NCBI GenBank assembly: GCA_002633005.1
Contig: NMRA01000035.1
Coordinates: forward strand, 662,863-726,862
Direction of reading: 5' to 3'
DNA from: Phoronis australis
Taxonomy: Eukaryota > Animalia > Phoronida
Length of the DNA: 64,000 nucleotides
In this document: piece by piece, positions 59,201-64,000 of the stretch
Layout of the letters: each line of letters starts with the position of its first letter
Position numbering within the stretch: position 1 is the stretch's first letter
Notes under the pieces: model-generated
What the model was told of the DNA's origin: nothing
The model's database searches: none
The model's input: the letters and a program-made list of their open reading frames with translations, nothing else
Translations under genes and position numbers: made by a program

Positions 59201-62200
59201 TCAAAAATGCTAAATAAAGGTTTAGATAAGCAACTGAGAACACATCATAGTTTAGAAATGATTTATAGAAATTCTTAGAGACTGCGCTTTTGCTCAATTG
59301 AGATTTGAATACTGCTCAGAAATGCTTGAGCAGCGTGTAACTCCAAACTTCTGACTAATGTACTAAGTCTACAGTTATTTTTCATGAAGCAGATCCCTGG
59401 TCTTGGAAATAACTGACAGTACAATATTGCTCAAGGCCATGCTTGAAGCATACTCATTGGATCAAGACAACCTACTGAGCAAAAACTGGAGCAATACAAA
59501 ATTTCCATTCATTTCAAGATTGCTTCTTATTCATTTATACCTTTGTTAGTTTCTGTGATCGATAATAGGTGTCACCGTATCTTATATTTCCTTGATGCTT
59601 AAATTATTAACACATGCGGCTATTCATTCCTGTGGTGCATTGTGTTTTTCAAATTAAGGTTTTATTACTTTAGCTTTGTGCCTCACGTTTGTTCGAAGGT
59701 CAAGAATTAATACATCAAATGGTCAATCTGTATAGTTGACCACGTCTGCCATTGGTCAGTTACTCAGTGGATAAAACCTAGATTACGACGCTTTATTTCA
59801 TCTGCTGGAGCGAGTGAATATAAGAAGTTTCAAAGTTCTAGAACACAAACTCCAACTCAATAGAATGTCGTCACCCTATGACATCCAGCTATTCACATAA
59901 TCTCTGTAATTTTCCCGCCAAATGTTTTGCATGTTGTGTGTATTCATTCTAATGATAATACAGCTCAGAGGAAGTTGTGAAACGTCGAGTACTTGTAATA
60001 TAGATGGCATTCTTTATAACCTTGATCATCAATTTTACTCTCCAGTACTACTTCTCATTACATTTTCAGCAAAACATGCTTCTAATCTGAGTAAGGAAAT
60101 TTTTAGACAAATTTTGTAAAGGTAAGTGGTCTAAATTATTACATGGAGAGGCCCCAGAGACTCAACTAAATTCACTAAATGCTCTGCATATCTGTGTCTT
60201 TGTTTACTCAAAAATATAGCGTTATTACTTAATCTTTTTTCCAAGCTCTTCTTTTACTAATGACATTTTCTAATTATTTATTTGAAAACTGAGCCCTTGT
60301 TTCAATGCAAATAAATTGGGTCCTTTTCATGCAGGGCACCCCCAGAATAGATTTCTTTTTAATGGCAAGATACAATTTGACACGTCTCAAAATTTTTAAA
60401 ATGTCACAAGGAAGTCTCAATTGTCACAGCTTTTTGGTGCTTTTTGCATGGATAAGTCGCATCAACTTTGCTTTCGACACATATGTGAGACACAATATTC
60501 GTCACTGATAACAATGAATTCCATAATTTTATATTTTGTGAAAAAATGAACCACCACTACATGCACCATAAAATAACTGTAAATCCAACAAAACACTAAC
60601 ACTAAATATGTGGCACGTAATTCTCAAAATATCACAAAACGTCACAGAATTTCATACAAATTTTGTCCCAGAATGTCACACCGTCACAGGGAATCCATTC
60701 TCTGCGCCCCTAATATAAGGGCTAAGTCTTTCATTAATATTTTGAATTCAGTATAGTGTTTACTGTCACCATGTATTATAAGCCAAAAATCAACTCAGTA
60801 ATCACAATAATATAGCATTCAAAAATACCATAAGTGTAAAGCACAAGTAAACTAAAAATGCAGTGAAATGTTAAGGAACATATTCAAGTCCCACTTTGGG
60901 ACTGGATCCTATAACCACGTAAAGGAGACCTGATTAAGTGAAGTCTAAAAAGTTTCATAATGATTTCATTTGACCAGCAGGCAATATATATACATATACA
61001 TATATATATTATATGCTTAATCATACTGCCAATAACAGACATATAGATTTATGGTAGCATACTCATTTTTGGCGTTTACCTTTCCAAACATAGTCTTGAA
61101 TTTAAGCAGAATCTCTTGCCTCTGTGAGTTGGTCCTGTGGGCCAGAATGTCTGTAATAGCCTTCTCATCAGTTCCTGCAAAACGAGTTTCTGTCAAGCAG
61201 AGTGTCGAGTGATGGCACTGCAGTGAATTATCCCAACAGATTTCATCGAATAACGTTTAAAGCTCTCCGACGTAAACATATAAAAGCACATACTCTCAGA
61301 ATCCTCAAAGACTGAAAATCTTAATTCATGCATATTAAAATAGTTTATGCAATTGTACATGTACAACATACTGTATTTTTGTTTCATGTGACTTGTAAAT
61401 ATTTATGCTAGAGCAAACTAAAATCTGAACCTCAAAAAATGTATTAAAGGAGCTCAGATACAAGCAAAAGTATTTCCTACACATTTAGCTCTCGTCCACC
61501 ATGGGCGGAGGACTTCGTCAGAATGACAATGACTTCCTACACAGATGGCACACGCACAGTCAGCACCCGATCATAGATATGTGGCAACTTAATACCAACA
61601 CCCCTGTTTATAGTGGGGGCACTGAGTTCCCAAACATCTACGATCGGGTGCCACCTGTGTAGGAAGTCAGTGTCATTTTCACGAAGTCCTCCACCTGTGG
61701 TGGACGAAAGCTAAATGGGTAAGAACTACTTTTGCTCGTGTCTGAGAAGCTTTGCAACAATGCAACACCAAGCTGATAAACTATCGTAGACTGAAAAAAT
61801 ATGAACTCAAATTAATCCTACCTCACAAACAATACCTACCAAGACCCTTCATTGCTTTCCTCAATTTATTGGCATCATCTTCTGCGTTAAATGGCGAGTG
61901 TGGCTTCACAGTTCCTTTATTCTAAAAGGACAAGAAAATACAAACCATTCTTACTTTCACAAAGCAGTTACGTCTGAAACAAACAATTCTATGCTTACAA
62001 AATTGCGTGAATGAACCAATCATGAATTTTATAATACAACCATTTTCACATCCCTTCTTTCATCGTAATAAAAATTTCAAAAAGATTTCATACTTTTTTC
62101 TACACAAGCTTTTCGCTGATAAATTCATTGACGACAAGAAGTACTTACTTACCTTGAGTGTAGAATTTCAGGTTGAACTGAATGCTAACTATAATAACTA

Positions 62201-63805
62201 CAATTGATGACTACATTAAAATAATTAAATCCAAAAACAATTGTGGAAATTTCCATTAATTAAAGCTTTTTTCCGGGTGTTTTCTGGAAAATTTATGGCA
62301 CTTCACAAACAGTGCCTTTTGGAAATGGATGATTCACTTCATTGGAAATTCACAGAATTCTGAAACAAACTGTCAAGCTACGTATTTACCTAGGCCTGAT
62401 TACGAGCGAGTTGCTAAACCTTGGGAAGGTGGGGTAAACAGTCAGTTCAGTGTCATCTCCAGAAATGCTCTCCATCATCTCATTCTTGAGGAAGTTTTGT
62501 CTTAGACAACAACTTGTCTGAACACAGCTCACCAAACTAACCTTACTACACTCATATTCACGATATCGTTCCATTTTATTGTGATTTATTTGCATGCATA
62601 CATTTCTAATTGGGAGACCAAAGTTCTAAAATGAAGAAGCCACCCAGATTGAATGACATAAACATACAATCTTTTCAATAAAAAACATAATTTACCTCCG
62701 GTTTCAAACTCATGTTCTGCATAGCTGCTGTGGGTGGTGCATGTGATCGCATACTCGCTGCATGACCACCTGAAGGGTAACCAGCACTGCCACTAGGGGG
62801 AGCTGCATAGCCACCTGCAGGATAGCCACCTCCACCACTTGGGGGAGCTGTAGCCCCAGGGTAACTGCCAGCTGGCTGAGGTGGGTAACCTCTTCCTGGG
62901 GCAGACGGTGGGGCATAACTTTGCTGAGGTGCTCCATATGCTGAAATCAATAACTGAATGTTAAGTTGAAGGACTATGAACATGTAACTTTTAAACTAGC
63001 ATGGAAATATGGATTTATGGATTGCAAACATTTTTAAGTCTGGTCTGCATGCCACTTGTTGGCCACATCACGTGACCAAAGACTGATCAGATTTCTGTGA
63101 TTGACTGGTGGTCATGATGACCCAGTGGACTAGAGAATCTGCACGGTTAGCAGAAGGTCCCAGGTTCGAGTCCTGGTCGGGGCAGAAATCTTTTCAGACT
63201 AATGTCTTATATTCATTAGGACACATCATGTGTCCAACAGGTGTCGTGCACACCAGAATTAAAAATGTTTGCGATTAGTTTGAGGTCATACAATATTTGA
63301 GATTTGTAAATCTGAGTGCTTAAAAAATGTAAACGTATTCAATATTGTATCTTCATGATTTAAAAAGCCTTATTACATACGCCTAAGGTGAAAACAAATG
63401 ACAGAGGTGTCTTAATGATGATGAGAAGAAAACACGAAAAATCCATTCTGTATAATCTTCATCTCCGAAAGTGACTAAGTTTAATGCATGACTAAATAAA
63501 AATAAATGCTTCTTTTTTAGCACATCTCACTCTTGCAGCACAAAGCAAGTTGACAAAGTTGGAAATCTCATTTCTACCGCTATTATAACTTCTGATCTCA
63601 AAGCGTATTGTATGGCATAGTAATCTGTATTACCAGACGTGCTTGTAGGGTATCCAGGCTGAGCAGCGGGAGGCGGGTACCCAGCTTGTGGCTGTGCTGG
63701 TGGATATCCTGGCTGAGACGGCGGATAGCCTGCTGCAGGGGGGTACTGTGGTGTGGGTGTGTTGTATGAGGCTTGTGTAGGCGGATACCCTCCTGGGGCA
63801 GAATT
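47239..63805 (-). CDS. ANXA7: Annexin A7/A11-like (long G/Y/P-rich N-terminus plus 4 annexin repeats); 5' end lies beyond the window
   Basis: Exons 63805-63634, 62940-62696, 61921-61840, 61174-61080, 57205-57092, 56802-56712, 53765-53686, 53099-53043, 52355-52166, 51330-51272, 50590-50468 and 47295-47239 join in frame. Repeats contain [26 protein letters not shown] and MKGLGTDD; the protein ends [18 protein letters not shown]. Confidence 0.93.
47461..48338 (+). mobile_element. Helentron/HINE-like element (family A), best-preserved copy
   Basis: 5' ACAAGAGCAACG, five internal ~143-bp units, (GACG/GACA)n microsatellite at 48242-48290, 3' hairpin ATGCGTCCACATA/TGTGTGGGTGCAT and an A-rich end. 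This is the DINE-1/HINE architecture. Confidence 0.8.
48347..48505 (-). mobile_element. Short MITE (family B)
   Basis: Reverse complement of 25602-25758; flanked by a GTCTC direct repeat. Confidence 0.75.
49660..50075 (+). mobile_element. Helentron/HINE-like element (family A), 3'-truncated
   Basis: AACAAAAGCCACGTGGAGCCTTGAAATGTGCC 5' end; CTCF-like TGACACCAGGGGGCAC at 49878. Confidence 0.7.
52665..53030. repeat. ~30-bp degenerate minisatellite (GACACAAAAATGAACATCCACTGAAAT), ~11 units
   Basis: Recurrent AAATGAACATCC core. Confidence 0.9.
54227..54743 (+). mobile_element. Kolobok-like MITE (family C) with a TTAA TSD
   Basis: TTAA|GGTT...AACC|TTAA; shares an internal block with 41314-41688. 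Confidence 0.6.
56826..56862. repeat. (TAG)n microsatellite
   Basis: Directly visible. Confidence 0.95.
57470..60013. repeat. ~880-bp near-identical direct duplication (57470-58355 and 59130-60013)
   Basis: Both copies begin TTCCTAAGATT(n)ACAGGCGACCTCTGG and end GAAACGTCGAGTACTTGTAATA; the N at 59143 lies at the start of copy 2. Confidence 0.95.
61451..61750. mobile_element. Palindromic MITE, ~300-bp hairpin, in an annexin intron
   Basis: Complementary arms, e.g. GGAGGACTTCGT/ACGAAGTCCTCC, TGACTTCCTACACAG/CTGTGTAGGAAGTCA and GCACCCGATC/GATCGGGTGC. Confidence 0.85.
63111..63184 (+). pseudogene. tRNA-like sequence (SINE head or pseudo-tRNA)
   Basis: Perfect T-arm CCAGG-TTCGAGT-CCTGG and anticodon stem TCTGC/GCAGA, but a mismatched acceptor stem and a loop ACGGTTA that lacks U33. 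Confidence 0.65.
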
Positions 63806-64000
63806 CTAAAACATTAATGAGCATTTTAAGAAGTCATAAAAGTATACCGTACATGACGTAATTGAATAACACTTTGATGAAGATGACAACATCTCATTAA
63901 AACAATAAGTTACTTGACTTTTGCTTACAAATGGTATTTAGTTTACTAAATATATTAGTGTGAGCATATGGACCCGTTTTGCTACTTTCCCCCCTTATTC

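Noticed and set aside
62150-62595. Possible annexin cassette exon (donor-like sites near 62152 and 62389), where vertebrate ANXA7 has one
   Set aside because: No acceptor/donor combination I tried preserves the frame with the phase-0 flanking exons.
63111-63184. Functional tRNA gene
   Set aside because: Acceptor-stem mismatch and a non-canonical anticodon loop; treated as SINE-derived.

Overview
AT-rich, intron-containing metazoan genomic DNA, probably from an invertebrate. It is not prokaryotic, so most of the supplied ORF track is spurious or consists of exon fragments. I reconstructed six spliced genes by hand from GT-AG boundaries and reading-frame phase: complete eEF1A (+, 6 exons, 463 aa), a CD225/dispanin-family membrane protein with a His/Asp-rich tail (+), a sigma-class GST (+), a DPY30-domain DYDC protein (-) head-to-head with a C4orf45/SPMIP2-like gene (+), and a 5'-truncated annexin A7/A11-like gene (-). 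Intergenic and intronic DNA is rich in non-autonomous DNA transposons. Two signals stand out. (1) A Helentron/HINE-like family with 5 copies here carries internal ~143-bp repeats, each holding a near-consensus CTCF motif, so it forms co-oriented CTCF-site arrays. (2) The eEF1A introns are packed with multi-branched RNA structures, mostly ending in ACA, and two of them are paralogous with a compensatory base-pair change. Single Ns at 634, 11644 and 59143 mark probable assembly joins, and two of them sit beside duplicated sequence. All identifications are by eye; no searches or folding programs were run.
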